Assembly (NCBI GenBank): GCA_965221695.1
Contig: OZ244905.1
Span: 3,072,001 to 3,136,000, forward strand
DNA length: 64,000 nucleotides
DNA from: Gammaproteobacteria bacterium
Lineage (GTDB): Bacteria > Pseudomonadota > Gammaproteobacteria > Eutrophobiales > Eutrophobiaceae
Direction of reading: 5' to 3'
The notes under the pieces: model-generated
The model's input: only the letters and a program-made list of their open reading frames with translations
The model's database searches: none
Told to the model about the DNA's origin: nothing
Shown here: piece after piece, positions 48,325-58,326 of the stretch
Layout of the letters: the number at the start of each line of letters is the position of its first letter
How positions within the stretch are numbered: the stretch's first letter is position 1
Program-made: the position numbers and the translations under genes

Positions 48325-51300
48325 GCGAAGACCTCACGCCGTACCGCATTGAACCGATTGCGCTTTCAGAGGAAAGCACGGTCGTTGCCGAATTCCAGTT
48401 CGATGAAGTTCGAGAAACAGCATATCAGTCCGAAGCAGAACAGGAACAAGCCTTTATCAGGCAATTGCAGTTGCAGGCCTATGAATACCTAACACTCACC
48501 TGTGAGGCCGATCTGATCGCCAATCTGCGCCGCCAATTGGAAGCGCTGAACAAGGTATCGTTTTCCGATGCAGAATGGGATCGCTTTTTTACCACTTCCA
48601 TTGCCGGAGCCAATGAAGGCATCGTCGAAAAAACCACGCGTATTCAGGAAGACCATATCCAGGCGCTCAAACGGGACGACGGCACGGACAAGAACATTTA
48701 CCTGATAAACAAGCAGCACATCCACAACAATCGCCTGCAGGTCATTAACCAATACGAGGTAAAGGGAAGGCGGGCAAATCGCTATGATGTGACGGTGCTG
48801 GTCAATGGTCTGCCAATGGTACATATAGAGCTTAAACGAAGGGGCGTGGATATCCGCGAGGCTTTCAACCAGATCAACCGCTACCAGCGTGATAGTTTCT
48901 GGGCGGGCTCCGGCCTTTTCGAGTATGTGCAACTGTTTGTTATCAGCAACGGCACGCTGACCAAGTACTACAGCAACACGGTACGTCATGGTCACCTGGT
49001 GGAACAGCGCAACAAGCGTAGTCGGCATAGAACCTCCAACAGCTTTTCATTCACCAGTTGGTGGGCTGACGCGAAGAACCAGTCGATCATGGAGCTGATG
49101 GGCTTCACCAAAACCTTTTTTGCCAAGCACACGCTGTTGAACATCATGACTCGGTACTGCGTGTTCGATGTAGACCGAAAGCTGCTGGTGATGCGGCCCT
49201 ACCAGATCGTGGCGGCGGAACAGATTCTGCTACGTATTGCGACGGCCACCAATCACAAGCAGTTGGGCACAGTAGCCGCAGGTGGTTACATCTGGCATAC
49301 CACCGGCAGCGGCAAGACACTGACCAGTTTCAAGGCAGCTCAACTGGCGCGGGGTCTGTCGGATATCGAGAAGGTGCTGTTTGTGGTAGACCGCAAGGAT
49401 CTGGATTATCAGACCATGCGCGAATACGAACGCTTTGAAAAAGGCGCGGCCAACTCCAACACATCGACAGCGGTGCTGCAACGGCAGTTGGAAGACCCGA
49501 ACGCTCGCATCATCATCACCACCATTCAGAAGCTCAGTCGCTTCGTGGCAAAGAACAAAAAACACCCGGTCTATGATGCGCATGTGGTGGTAATTTTTGA
49601 TGAATGCCATCGCAGCCAGTTCGGCGACATGCATGCGGAAATCATCCGGGTCTTTAAACGTTACCACCTGTTCGGCTTTACCGGCACACCGATCTTCGCC
49701 GATAACGCGGGGACTCACGGCAATCCGCTCAAGCGTACCACCGATCAAGCATTTGGCGACAAGCTGCACACCTACACCATTGTCGATGCCATCAGCGACA
49801 AGAATGTGCTGCCCTTTCGCATCGACTACATTAACACGATCAAGACATCACCGGGTCTTAAGGATAAGAAGGTATCGGCTATTGATACGGAGCGGGCATT
49901 GCAGGCGCCGGAACGCATCACACAGGTTGTGAGCTATATCCGGGAACACTTCGGCCAGAAAACCAAGCGTAGTTCCATGTACAGCTATCATGGCAAACGA
50001 CTGGCCGGATTCAACTCACTGTTCGCCACGGCCTCAATTGAGGCAGCCCAACGCTATTACGTAGAGTTTTCGAAGCAACAAGAGGATGTGCCACCCGTAC
50101 AACGGCTGAAGATTGGCCTGATCTATAGCTTTGCCGCCAATGAAGAAGAAAGCGATGGATTGCTGGGTGAGGAAGTATTTGAGACCGAAAGGTTGGATCA
50201 AGGCGCACGGGATTTTCTGGATGCCGCGATCAATGACTACAATGCCTTGTTCGCTACCCGTTTCGATACGTCAGCCGATAAGTTTCAGAATTACTATAAA
50301 GACTTGTCGGAACGCCTGAAAAAACGTGAGCTGGACCTGGTGATCGTAGTCAACATGTTCCTGACCGGCTTCGATGCCACCACGCTTAACACGCTCTGGG
50401 TGGACAAGAACCTTCGAGCACATGGGCTGCTCCAGGCTTACTCGCGCACCAACCGAATCCTCAATTCGGTAAAGACCTACGGCAACATCATATCCTTCCG
50501 CGATCTCGAACAGGAAACCAATGATGCACTGGCGCTGTTCGGTAACAAGGATGCCAAAGGCATCGTGTTGCTGAAGCCTTACGCCGAATACTACAAAGAG
50601 TACCAGGATCGGATCGAAGAAATTGTCGCCGGTTTTCCGCTCGGCAAGGCCATTGTAGGTGAAGCGGCCCAGAAGGCGTTTATCATGCTCTTTGGCGCAA
50701 TCTTACGTCTGAAGAATATTCTTACGGCGTTCGATGATTTCGCAGGTAATGAAATCCTCAGTGAGCGTGACTTCCAGGATTACCAGAGTCTGTATCTTAA
50801 TCTGTACGCCGAATTCCGCAGCGCTTCTGATGCGGAAAAAGAGTCGATTAACGATGATGTGGTGTTCGAGATCGAGCTAATCAAGCAGGTCGAGATCAAT
50901 GTTGATTACATCCTGATGCTGGTCGAAAAGTATCTGAAGAAGAAAGGCTCAGGCGAAGACAAAGAGATCCGGGCTACCATTGAACGTACAATCAACTCCA
51001 GCCCCAGCCTGCGCAACAAGAAAGACCTTATCGAACAGTTTGTTGACTCCGTCTCTGTGAACGCCAAGGTCGATTCGGAATGGGTCACCTATATTACGGC
51101 CAAAAAGGCAGAGGAGCTTGATCGAATTATCGCGGACGAAGGACTCAATGCCGATGAGACGAAGGTGTTTGTTGACAACGCTTTCCGGGATGGGGCAATC
51201 CCGGTCACCGGCACCGCCATTACGAAAATTCTGCCACCGGTTTCAAGGTTCAATAAAAACAACGACCACGCAGTAAAAAAGCAAACTGTGCTGGATAAAC

Positions 51301-51338
51301 TGGGCGTGTTCTTCGAGCGTTTCTTCGGTCTACTCTGA
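48321..51338 (+). CDS. hsdR: Type I restriction endonuclease subunit R (EcoR124I-like)
   Basis: RYDVTVLVNGLP..IELK nuclease motif, HTTGSGKT, DECH, FTGTP, MFLTGFD, QAYSRTNR. Confidence 0.97.
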   Translation: MSEDLTPYRIEPIALSEESTVVAEFQFDEVRETAYQSEAEQEQAFIRQLQLQAYEYLTLTCEADLIANLRRQLEALNKVSFSDAEWDRFFTTSIAGANEGIVEKTTRIQEDHIQALKRDDGTDKNIYLINKQHIHNNRLQVINQYEVKGRRANRYDVTVLVNGLPMVHIELKRRGVDIREAFNQINRYQRDSFWAGSGLFEYVQLFVISNGTLTKYYSNTVRHGHLVEQRNKRSRHRTSNSFSFTSWWADAKNQSIMELMGFTKTFFAKHTLLNIMTRYCVFDVDRKLLVMRPYQIVAAEQILLRIATATNHKQLGTVAAGGYIWHTTGSGKTLTSFKAAQLARGLSDIEKVLFVVDRKDLDYQTMREYERFEKGAANSNTSTAVLQRQLEDPNARIIITTIQKLSRFVAKNKKHPVYDAHVVVIFDECHRSQFGDMHAEIIRVFKRYHLFGFTGTPIFADNAGTHGNPLKRTTDQAFGDKLHTYTIVDAISDKNVLPFRIDYINTIKTSPGLKDKKVSAIDTERALQAPERITQVVSYIREHFGQKTKRSSMYSYHGKRLAGFNSLFATASIEAAQRYYVEFSKQQEDVPPVQRLKIGLIYSFAANEEESDGLLGEEVFETERLDQGARDFLDAAINDYNALFATRFDTSADKFQNYYKDLSERLKKRELDLVIVVNMFLTGFDATTLNTLWVDKNLRAHGLLQAYSRTNRILNSVKTYGNIISFRDLEQETNDALALFGNKDAKGIVLLKPYAEYYKEYQDRIEEIVAGFPLGKAIVGEAAQKAFIMLFGAILRLKNILTAFDDFAGNEILSERDFQDYQSLYLNLYAEFRSASDAEKESINDDVVFEIELIKQVEINVDYILMLVEKYLKKKGSGEDKEIRATIERTINSSPSLRNKKDLIEQFVDSVSVNAKVDSEWVTYITAKKAEELDRIIADEGLNADETKVFVDNAFRDGAIPVTGTAITKILPPVSRFNKNNDHAVKKQTVLDKLGVFFERFFGLL

Positions 51339-51582
51339 GAAATCGGTAATAATGCAGCAGATTAGAGTCATTAGCGCGGCCATAGAGAGAGCCACTTAGG
51401 ATATATGTCGGGATGGAACAGAAATAGCTCGGTGCGCTGATGAAGCTGGGAAACAGTTCGTCCCCTCATGCAACAGCAAACGCCGCCCCGACAAATACCC
51501 CGCGGTCTGCCGGAACAACGCCTCCGTTAATCGATGTTGAATCTGTTCAATTAATTCTGGGGACACTACTGTTGCCCGTATA

Positions 51583-54500
51583 TTATTGTCCGTGCTGGCG
51601 CGAATACTTCATGAGCCATTCATAGCGATCATCAGTTGCCAGCTCAGGCGCCGATTTTTTGATTTCCTCCAGGCATTTAACGAGGCGCCGCGGTAGCCAT
51701 TGTGTCTGCTCGCCAATCACCAACTTCAGAAAGTCCAGCGCCTCCTGTGGAAACTTGTCGCAAAGACCGGCCTCATGAAGTCGCTGGACCAGATGGTCCG
51801 GGTGGGACAACGGTTGAAGCCAAACCTTGAGCCGCGTGAGCGCTTCGGGGAACGCCTCCCGTGCCGTCACGCACAGGAGACCGAGACTTTCGGCGATGGT
51901 GGGTGTATTTTTGTCGCTGGTATTGGGCCAGATGTTATGCAGATATGGGTCGACTCGGTTGGCCCAGTAGTCAGCGCGTTGGTCGCCTGCATCCTCAAGA
52001 GACCTTACCAGTGTATGCGCTGCATTGTGCAAAACATCCGGAGGCAGCGAGCGGGTGGCAACCGCCAGTTCGTCGATGGTGAAAGTGTCACCCCGGTCGA
52101 GCGCAGCGATTGTCAGCAGCGAAGCGTATTGCCGGCCGTACTCGCCCAATTCCCCGTAATGCCTCGCGGTATCAAGGAAGGATGACTTGAGCATTTCCAT
52201 TAAAGGGTGATACAACTGCGCTGACCAAAGGAAACCTTCCCAGGCTGCACTCGCTTCGGCCCTAGAGCGTTGCCAGTCGAAAAACGGCAACAGGTGTTGT
52301 TTCACCCAATCCGGGTCAATGCGGAATAATGGGACGATATGGGCAGCCAGCAACACGCGGCCATGTCTGAACTTGCCCACCCCGGTATCACAAAGCTCGG
52401 TGAATATAGGCTTGATCTTCTCGGGCAAGCCTTGTCTATCCTCCAGCGATCGTCGATACCACCAGCGCAGCAGCGCTTCCGAGACGTGGCCTACGGGATG
52501 ATTGATGGCACGCGTGACGTGATCGTTGGTTTCGACACCATCCTGAAGATCCAGTGTCAGGATACGGCGACCGAGCGTGAAGAAATGTGCTTCGTGACCT
52601 TCAAATGTCCTGGAAACGGCTTTCAGCCACAAACTGACACCATGGCCCAGAGATTGCATATTTGCGTCAGGAGCGGCGACAAGAATAGGCGCCATGTAGC
52701 GCCAGGACCGCGACAGGTGTTTCTCCTCTGACCATACCTGAAGGGCTTCGCACCAGCGTTCAATAGGCCAGACACCTTCTTTGGCCAACGCGCACAAGGC
52801 ACAAGCGGCAGTCGCAAAGTTATCGCGGCAACGCTGCATCCAGTCGTCTTTCTGCCAGTGATCTTTGTTGGATTGTTGCCTTAGCCATTCAACCAGCTTT
52901 TGGCGACGCCGCGGTGAGCGGACGAACTTGCGTAACTCGTCGCCATCGCTCTCCCAGTAAGGAAACTCATCTCGCTGATCCGCTGCCAGTTCCCACTCCG
53001 GGTACTGCTCAGTAAGCTGAGTCAGCCTTTCCTTACTGGACGAACTCAAGACGCCGCCGCTCCCGGCTATCTTCGCCAGACGCAGCCAGATTTCGCGATC
53101 CATGATCCGAGTCCAGAGATCGGGATCAACATCGTCCCTGAACATTTCGCGGGGTGGCTTACCAAGAATGGCCTGTTCCAGCTCCAAGAGCATCGCACTA
53201 TCGAGTTTCGGTGCGAGCGCAATTATCAAGCGCATGGCCTCCCGCTGGGTTTCTCCGGACCACAGCCACCAATGGTCGTCCGCAAGCAACCAGTCGAGTG
53301 CGCGGCGGAGAGGTATCAGGTTGTCCTGTGCTGCGGCAAAGAAGGCCAGACGCCGAAACAGCGGGTAAGGTGTATACCACCACGACTCGGCTACAAGCGC
53401 AGCTTGCTTGGGTAACCGCCTTAGCGTGGCTAGCCAGGCGTCCCGGGTCAGGTCGATCAAGACTGTCCAATCGCGGAAGTCCTTGTTTTGCGGGTGCTCG
53501 CTGATAGAGGGCTGATGAAAGTATGACCGATCGCTTCTGTCCCCGGCGCTGCCGAGTTCGCGCATCAAATCAAGCGCGTCACGCAATAAGGCACTGACAT
53601 CGGATAGTAGTTCAGGCAATGCGGCAATCCAGCGATCATCGTTGGTCAGATCGCGCAGGCTTGAATACACGTGTTCCGTCGATAGCACAATCTCCCACCC
53701 AACCAGATCGTTGATGTCCTCCGGTTCGCCAGTTTCTTCTTCTTCGACTAGCCTGGGGAATGGCTCGCGTAACAATATGCGCGGGGTCAACATTTCTCGC
53801 AGTTCTAGGCGTAGGGTAGCGGTGAGGCCATCGCGTTTGAAGCGGTCGCTCCAGAGATATCGGTCGAAGACGCTCTGCCACGATCTCAAGCGTCCGGTCA
53901 GCAACAGTCGCCACAAGGTGCGCATCAACGGGCCGGGGATCGCCTTGGGTGCGTTCGCGCTAATGTGTGTTAACTTTGCCGTGTTGCCTTCGCGTTCGAG
54001 TTTGGCCTGTTCGTCCAGGCGATGTTCAATCAACCCAGCCATCTCATCATGCAACTGACCACCACACTTGGATAGCCACAACACCAGCGCCGGGTCGTCG
54101 AGATGACGGACGAGCCAGCGCGCCAACTGCCACATCACTTTGTCCCAGCGCCCTCCACGAGATCCATCATCGACGACACACATCAACGGCGCCAGGGGAT
54201 AAGGCGACGGCCGACATATCAGGCTGAAGGCGAGTTCGTCATCCACATCTGCCTTGGGTGGGACGCCGAAGCAGTCAAGGTCTGCATGATGGTAGCGTTC
54301 CTCGCTCAAGGGATCCAGCCAAGCCAGTGATGGTACAGGGTCCAGATCAGCGAAGCGCCTTGCCGGCAGGCCAGTCGGATCGCTCAACGCCCACAACATG
54401 CGGCCAACGAAGTTGTTCTGTCGGGTGTTCGCCAGAGGGTTTTCTTTGGCGCACTCGACGACAATGCGCTCTTTGCCGCGCACGCCGTCGCGGTAGGTCT

Positions 54501-55362
54501 CGGCCCATGCGCGCAGTGTCTTGTGCAGATAGGCGTGGCGATTGTGCTCGCGGTAAAGGATGGGCGTGACGTTCTTGGTCTGCCACTCATTGGCTTGCGT
54601 CGCTTCCTTTCCCCTGGAAAAGCTGCCGAACGCGAATATTTCCGGTAGTGCCTTGCCGAGCAGACTGTCGTAAGCCAGTGCGTCCATCATATAACGCAAC
54701 ACAGGATCGTTGATGCTGTAGCCGACGAAGCATACGGTGTAATTCCGAAACAGTTCGCTGACGAAGCGAGCTGCCCAGCGATCCATAAGATAGGCCTGGC
54801 TGAAATCGCTGCTAGAGAGCACCAGCCGGTCCAGTTGGCTCGCTGTCGGTGCGGCGCTGAGCAAGCCATGAAGATACACCAGACCGTGCCAGCGGTTCTT
54901 TGGCACCGGCAGCGACGGGGCTTCAAAGCGCTCGATGGTCAGATGCTCGGATGTAATCACTTTCTCGAAGAGGCGATCGAAGTTCGTGGTGATAAGCCGT
55001 GTGTGACCAGCGCGGCTCTTGCCAAGCATCAACAAGGCTTCGTGAGTCGCAGTTGCATTCGGGACGCTGAAGTCGGGATCCAGGATGCTCGCTAGCTTTC
55101 CTCGCACATTCTCTCGTCCGCCGATGTTGCGCGTTTCCAGCAACTCAATCGCGATATCGAACTGCTTTGCGTTTATCGCTGCTTTTTGTTCAGCGTCGGG
55201 TGTGACTGCGAGAGACTCGTAGAGCTTCTTGACCAGGTCCAAAAAGCTCGGCAACCCGGCTGGAAATGAGATACCTGCGCCGCTGAAGAATACTACGCGG
55301 CCGTCTTCATGCGCCTGCAGCAGGCGTTCGGGTATTTCGGGTCCATTGCGGACGAACTGCAC
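51583..55362 (-). CDS. Large SIR2-domain anti-phage protein, Dsr1-like
   Basis: N-terminal SIR2 motifs FFSGAGIS..GLPSF, ITTNFD, YLHG, FVGYSINDP followed by ~1000 aa of helical, Trp-rich sequence including AINHPVG; size and N-terminus match my recollection of Dsr1. Confidence 0.8.
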   Translation of the reverse strand: MQFVRNGPEIPERLLQAHEDGRVVFFSGAGISFPAGLPSFLDLVKKLYESLAVTPDAEQKAAINAKQFDIAIELLETRNIGGRENVRGKLASILDPDFSVPNATATHEALLMLGKSRAGHTRLITTNFDRLFEKVITSEHLTIERFEAPSLPVPKNRWHGLVYLHGLLSAAPTASQLDRLVLSSSDFSQAYLMDRWAARFVSELFRNYTVCFVGYSINDPVLRYMMDALAYDSLLGKALPEIFAFGSFSRGKEATQANEWQTKNVTPILYREHNRHAYLHKTLRAWAETYRDGVRGKERIVVECAKENPLANTRQNNFVGRMLWALSDPTGLPARRFADLDPVPSLAWLDPLSEERYHHADLDCFGVPPKADVDDELAFSLICRPSPYPLAPLMCVVDDGSRGGRWDKVMWQLARWLVRHLDDPALVLWLSKCGGQLHDEMAGLIEHRLDEQAKLEREGNTAKLTHISANAPKAIPGPLMRTLWRLLLTGRLRSWQSVFDRYLWSDRFKRDGLTATLRLELREMLTPRILLREPFPRLVEEEETGEPEDINDLVGWEIVLSTEHVYSSLRDLTNDDRWIAALPELLSDVSALLRDALDLMRELGSAGDRSDRSYFHQPSISEHPQNKDFRDWTVLIDLTRDAWLATLRRLPKQAALVAESWWYTPYPLFRRLAFFAAAQDNLIPLRRALDWLLADDHWWLWSGETQREAMRLIIALAPKLDSAMLLELEQAILGKPPREMFRDDVDPDLWTRIMDREIWLRLAKIAGSGGVLSSSSKERLTQLTEQYPEWELAADQRDEFPYWESDGDELRKFVRSPRRRQKLVEWLRQQSNKDHWQKDDWMQRCRDNFATAACALCALAKEGVWPIERWCEALQVWSEEKHLSRSWRYMAPILVAAPDANMQSLGHGVSLWLKAVSRTFEGHEAHFFTLGRRILTLDLQDGVETNDHVTRAINHPVGHVSEALLRWWYRRSLEDRQGLPEKIKPIFTELCDTGVGKFRHGRVLLAAHIVPLFRIDPDWVKQHLLPFFDWQRSRAEASAAWEGFLWSAQLYHPLMEMLKSSFLDTARHYGELGEYGRQYASLLTIAALDRGDTFTIDELAVATRSLPPDVLHNAAHTLVRSLEDAGDQRADYWANRVDPYLHNIWPNTSDKNTPTIAESLGLLCVTAREAFPEALTRLKVWLQPLSHPDHLVQRLHEAGLCDKFPQEALDFLKLVIGEQTQWLPRRLVKCLEEIKKSAPELATDDRYEWLMKYSRQHGQ

Positions 55363-55458
55363 TTAGGCAGGTCTCTTCAGAGGCATGCAACCGATCACGA
55401 CTAATGAGTAGAATGTGATTGTTATCAATAGCCTACATTAAGCTGAAGAGGAGATACC

Positions 55459-55521
55459 ATGAACACAGAGTGTACGGCAACCCAACTTGAATTTCAATCC
55501 TTTGGCTGACGATGACAGTAG
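55459..55521 (+). pseudogene. N-terminal remnant of an IS1380-like transposase
   Basis: GAGGAG RBS then MNTECTATQLEFQSFG followed by stops; resembles the MxTECxxxQLEF start of IS1380-family transposases. Confidence 0.5.
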
Positions 55522-55532
55522 GCTCACCTCGG

Positions 55533-55605
55533 CACGGATTCCAGTTGAACGTGGACACCGATTCTGGTCCATCGTGAACATCTGTTCCGGTTGAACGTGA
55601 ACACT
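55533..55605 (+). mobile_element. IS21-family-like terminal fragment with three 23-bp repeats
   Basis: GATTCCAGTTGAACGTGGACACC / GATTCTGGTCCATCGTGAACATC / TGTTCCGGTTGAACGTGAACACT in tandem. Confidence 0.6.
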
Positions 55606-55830
55606 TTTCGGGTGATCCCAGAATGTATGTTCATATGCTGTTAATAGCCGTTCACGTGACGCCATAAGTGCCCGCACCTGACCGGCAACTGGTCTGTGAG
55701 TAATACACCTAGCGCTACCCGAACCGATGTTACAGTTATTCCCAGTTCTGCGACCGTTATCGCCACTGTCGTCTGTTGTTCGCGTACGTCCGTTAGCGTG
55801 GTAACTCGGCGACGTTTCTCCGTTGAGCGC

Positions 55831-57069
55831 TTAATCGTTCAGGCGTTTAGCGCGTTTTTCAATAGTGGCGATGATGTCATCAAACACACCAGATGCCAGC
55901 CCATCTTCTGTCAGGCTTGCTTTCAGACTTGGCGCTGCCTCCATCATTTTCTCTGTCATCGTTTTAATCTGCCGGTTCAAAGCTGATTGTGCAGCCTTGG
56001 TATCGGCCACCAGCCTGTGAAAGTGCCTCAGATACACATCCTTAGGCTTATATTTGCCACCAATCTTCATGGCCATCTTTTCAGACAGATCAGGATATAT
56101 GGCTGTACTCAACAAATCATAGGCTGGCGCTAGTTCTGGTTTGTTACCCTTATAGAGCAATGAAAAATTCTTCCCATGGGCATCGGCGTTGCCTACCAGA
56201 TAATTATAAAGCACCATGTTCAACAGTTTAGTCTGATCTGCAGCAGGACGTGCAGCATGTTTGGCTATAACTTCCTGACATGCAGCAATATTAGGACCTC
56301 CCTCACGTTCGTATTTTATCTCAGGTGCAATACCCAACACCTGACAGAAATCTTCCTGATGGATGCGCGTTATTGTGCCATTTTCCGCAATATAACGATC
56401 ATAACGCTCCACCAGGTAATAAGGTGTGTCATCCACAAAATGCAATGATGCTTCCGGCACATCAAGACCGACCATTTTGGCAAGCTTCATACAAAACAAC
56501 TCATTATGAGGACTGTCTTTCACGCGCTCAATCATGGACTTTAAGATATGCGTGGTTGGAGCGCCGCCTTTGATAAGTAGTACATGTCCATCTTTAAAGC
56601 CGACCGCCAGCTTATCCTGTGCGCCAGCCAGAGATAGGCGGTACCCATCCTCACCCGCCAGCATTGGACGGCGTTTTATCAGATCCAACACCTCTCTCAA
56701 TCGGTTATCATCTAAGATTTTAACATGATCTGAGGCCACGGGTGGTTTATCGCCATGCGGGTATAGCGCCAAAGCTCCCGCACAATCGCCACCAACTGCC
56801 TCCAGCAAGGCAAAAGGATTCTTTTTGGAAAGTCCTAAATACTTCGCCAAGCGATCTCGCACGCTTTCCTCAGGCAACAGGCCAGAGAAGAACGCTTTGA
56901 CCTGTTTGCCTGTAAAACTCTCGGCCTGCAAAGGCAGTGAAAGCGAGATGCCGCATGATGCTGAATCCAAATAATCGGCGTCATAGGTAAAGACCAATTC
57001 GCCGCTATCGGTTTGCTCAAGGCTTCCAGCCGGCTTGTCCTGTAAATAGACATCTAATACCCGGCTCAT
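55831..57069 (-). CDS. hipA: HipA family toxin kinase
   Basis: ISLSLPL, FFSGLLPE, SLAGAQDK, THILK, HQEDFCQ, GNADAHGKNFS, LAPAYD. Confidence 0.95.
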   Translation of the reverse strand: MSRVLDVYLQDKPAGSLEQTDSGELVFTYDADYLDSASCGISLSLPLQAESFTGKQVKAFFSGLLPEESVRDRLAKYLGLSKKNPFALLEAVGGDCAGALALYPHGDKPPVASDHVKILDDNRLREVLDLIKRRPMLAGEDGYRLSLAGAQDKLAVGFKDGHVLLIKGGAPTTHILKSMIERVKDSPHNELFCMKLAKMVGLDVPEASLHFVDDTPYYLVERYDRYIAENGTITRIHQEDFCQVLGIAPEIKYEREGGPNIAACQEVIAKHAARPAADQTKLLNMVLYNYLVGNADAHGKNFSLLYKGNKPELAPAYDLLSTAIYPDLSEKMAMKIGGKYKPKDVYLRHFHRLVADTKAAQSALNRQIKTMTEKMMEAAPSLKASLTEDGLASGVFDDIIATIEKRAKRLND

Positions 57070-57281
57070 AGGGTTTCATCACCCACTGTGACATCAATAC
57101 CGAGCATAGATACAACGGTCAGCGCCTTGCCGATGTGGCAGGACTCTTTGCCTTGTTCCAGCTCGCGGATAAACCGTACCCCCACGCCTGTAGTGGCAGC
57201 CAGTTGCTGTTGTGTCAAGCCTTGCTCTTTTCGAGCTTTCTTCAAAATAGCGCCGAGTTTTTCGATTTTGCTGTCTGTCAT
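57066..57281 (-). CDS. hipB: HipB-like XRE-family antitoxin
   Basis: ARKEQGLTQQQLA..GVGVRFIRELEQGK HTH; ATGA overlap with hipA. Confidence 0.9.
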   Translation of the reverse strand: MTDSKIEKLGAILKKARKEQGLTQQQLAATTGVGVRFIRELEQGKESCHIGKALTVVSMLGIDVTVGDETL

Positions 57282-57286
57282 AAATC

Positions 57287-57400
57287 AACCCTTTCGGGAT
57301 GATTTTAGCATTTTTTAGCAAAAAAACTATAAAATAAACCCGTTCGGGTCTGTTTTGTCGTTTAAGGCGAGATCTATATCCTAATCATCCCGTTCGGGGT
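57287..57400 (-). promoter_or_regulatory. Three palindromic operator-like sites upstream of hipB
   Basis: ACCCTTTCGGGA, ACCCGTTCGGGT and TCCCGTTCGGGG with CCC starting at 57289, 57339 and 57389. Confidence 0.7.
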
Positions 57401-57440
57401 TATATTGGGTGATTTGCTGCATGTCGGAATGCGACAATTT

Positions 57441-57477
57441 TGGCGGAGAGGAGGAAGATTCGAACCCTCGATACGCT
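57441..57477 (-). other. Degenerate 3' fragment of tRNA-Ser (att-like relic)
   Basis: Reverse strand reads AGCGTATCGAGGGTTCGAATCTTCCTCCTCTCCGCCA (T-arm plus acceptor 3' strand); no 5' half. Confidence 0.65.
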
Positions 57478-57572
57478 ATTAACTCCATTGACATGTTGTA
57501 CTCTTCTTACTCGCCGCAGACAGTTACTGGATGTCCGTTTCTTATCGGAACGGGGATAGTTTAAGATATTTA

Positions 57573-57724
57573 AGGAAACTCTGAACAAGTCCATCCTGGA
57601 CTTGTCAGAATACGGAAAACAAAAATGCGATTTTTGTTTTCCTCACAATATCAATGCCTTACAGTCATTGATATTGACGATACATCCCTGTATCGTAGGA
57701 ACCTCTGACTTAATCAGAGGTTCC
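57573..57724 (+). mobile_element. 152-bp five-hairpin MITE-like element, copy D
   Basis: 3 differences from copy B; flanked by TTA/TTA. Confidence 0.9.
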
Positions 57725-57907
57725 TTAAATGTGAGTAAGAAGTCAGGACTGCGCCGCTGCTGGAAACGCGTCCCTTTTCCAGCGCGGGAATGGTTCTGAT
57801 GCGCAGAGATTGGATCTTTGCCGGCCTGGCAGGGCTTGTATTCCTGGTTCCATCTGTTTTAATCTGGCAAATTCCTTAACACTACGATACAACGCAACCG
57901 GGGCGGC

Positions 57908-58318
57908 ATGGATATCATCTACCTGAACGATCTGCGCATAGACACCGTGATTGGTATCTACGAGTGGGAGCGCAAGATAAAGCAGACTTTGATCTTCGAT
58001 ATCGAGATCGCTGCGGATACCGGCATAGCGGCGTTATCAGACAGTATTGAGGATGCCGTCAGCTATGAGGCGGTGGCGCAACGTTTGATCAGTTATGTGA
58101 GCGCAGCGCAGTTCGAGTTGCTTGAGACCCTGGCGGAAAAAGTCGCCGGCATTCTGATGGATGAGTTCAACGCGCGCTGGTGCCGCATCCGGCTCAACAA
58201 ACCCGGCGCGGTCCGCGGCGCGCGCAACGTGGGCATAATTATAGAGCGCGGCGACAGCCCGAATATTTCATCGAATCCGGCGCAATCTTTGCGCCAATCG
58301 ATGAAAGATTCGGATTAG
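57908..58318 (+). CDS. folB: Dihydroneopterin aldolase
   Basis: IGIYEWER..KQ, SDSIEDAVSY, FELLETLAE, KPGA, GIIIER. Confidence 0.95.
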   Translation: MDIIYLNDLRIDTVIGIYEWERKIKQTLIFDIEIAADTGIAALSDSIEDAVSYEAVAQRLISYVSAAQFELLETLAEKVAGILMDEFNARWCRIRLNKPGAVRGARNVGIIIERGDSPNISSNPAQSLRQSMKDSD

Positions 58319-58326
58319 GGACTGAA

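Noticed and set aside
51340-51582. Spacer between hsdR and the SIR2 gene, including a 61-aa ORF
   Set aside because: No recognisable motif, repeat or RBS-supported gene
57602-57799. Small ORFs reading through the element (KQKCDFCF..GTSDLIRGS; also 13091-13297, 39824-40210, 10689-11126)
   Set aside because: They have no consistent start or RBS. One open frame over ~50 codons is plausible by chance, and element plus duplication (155 bp) is not a multiple of three, so this is not an in-frame coding repeat
58255-58318. About 20-aa C-terminal extension of FolB
   Set aside because: Most simply stop-codon drift; no motif or repeat
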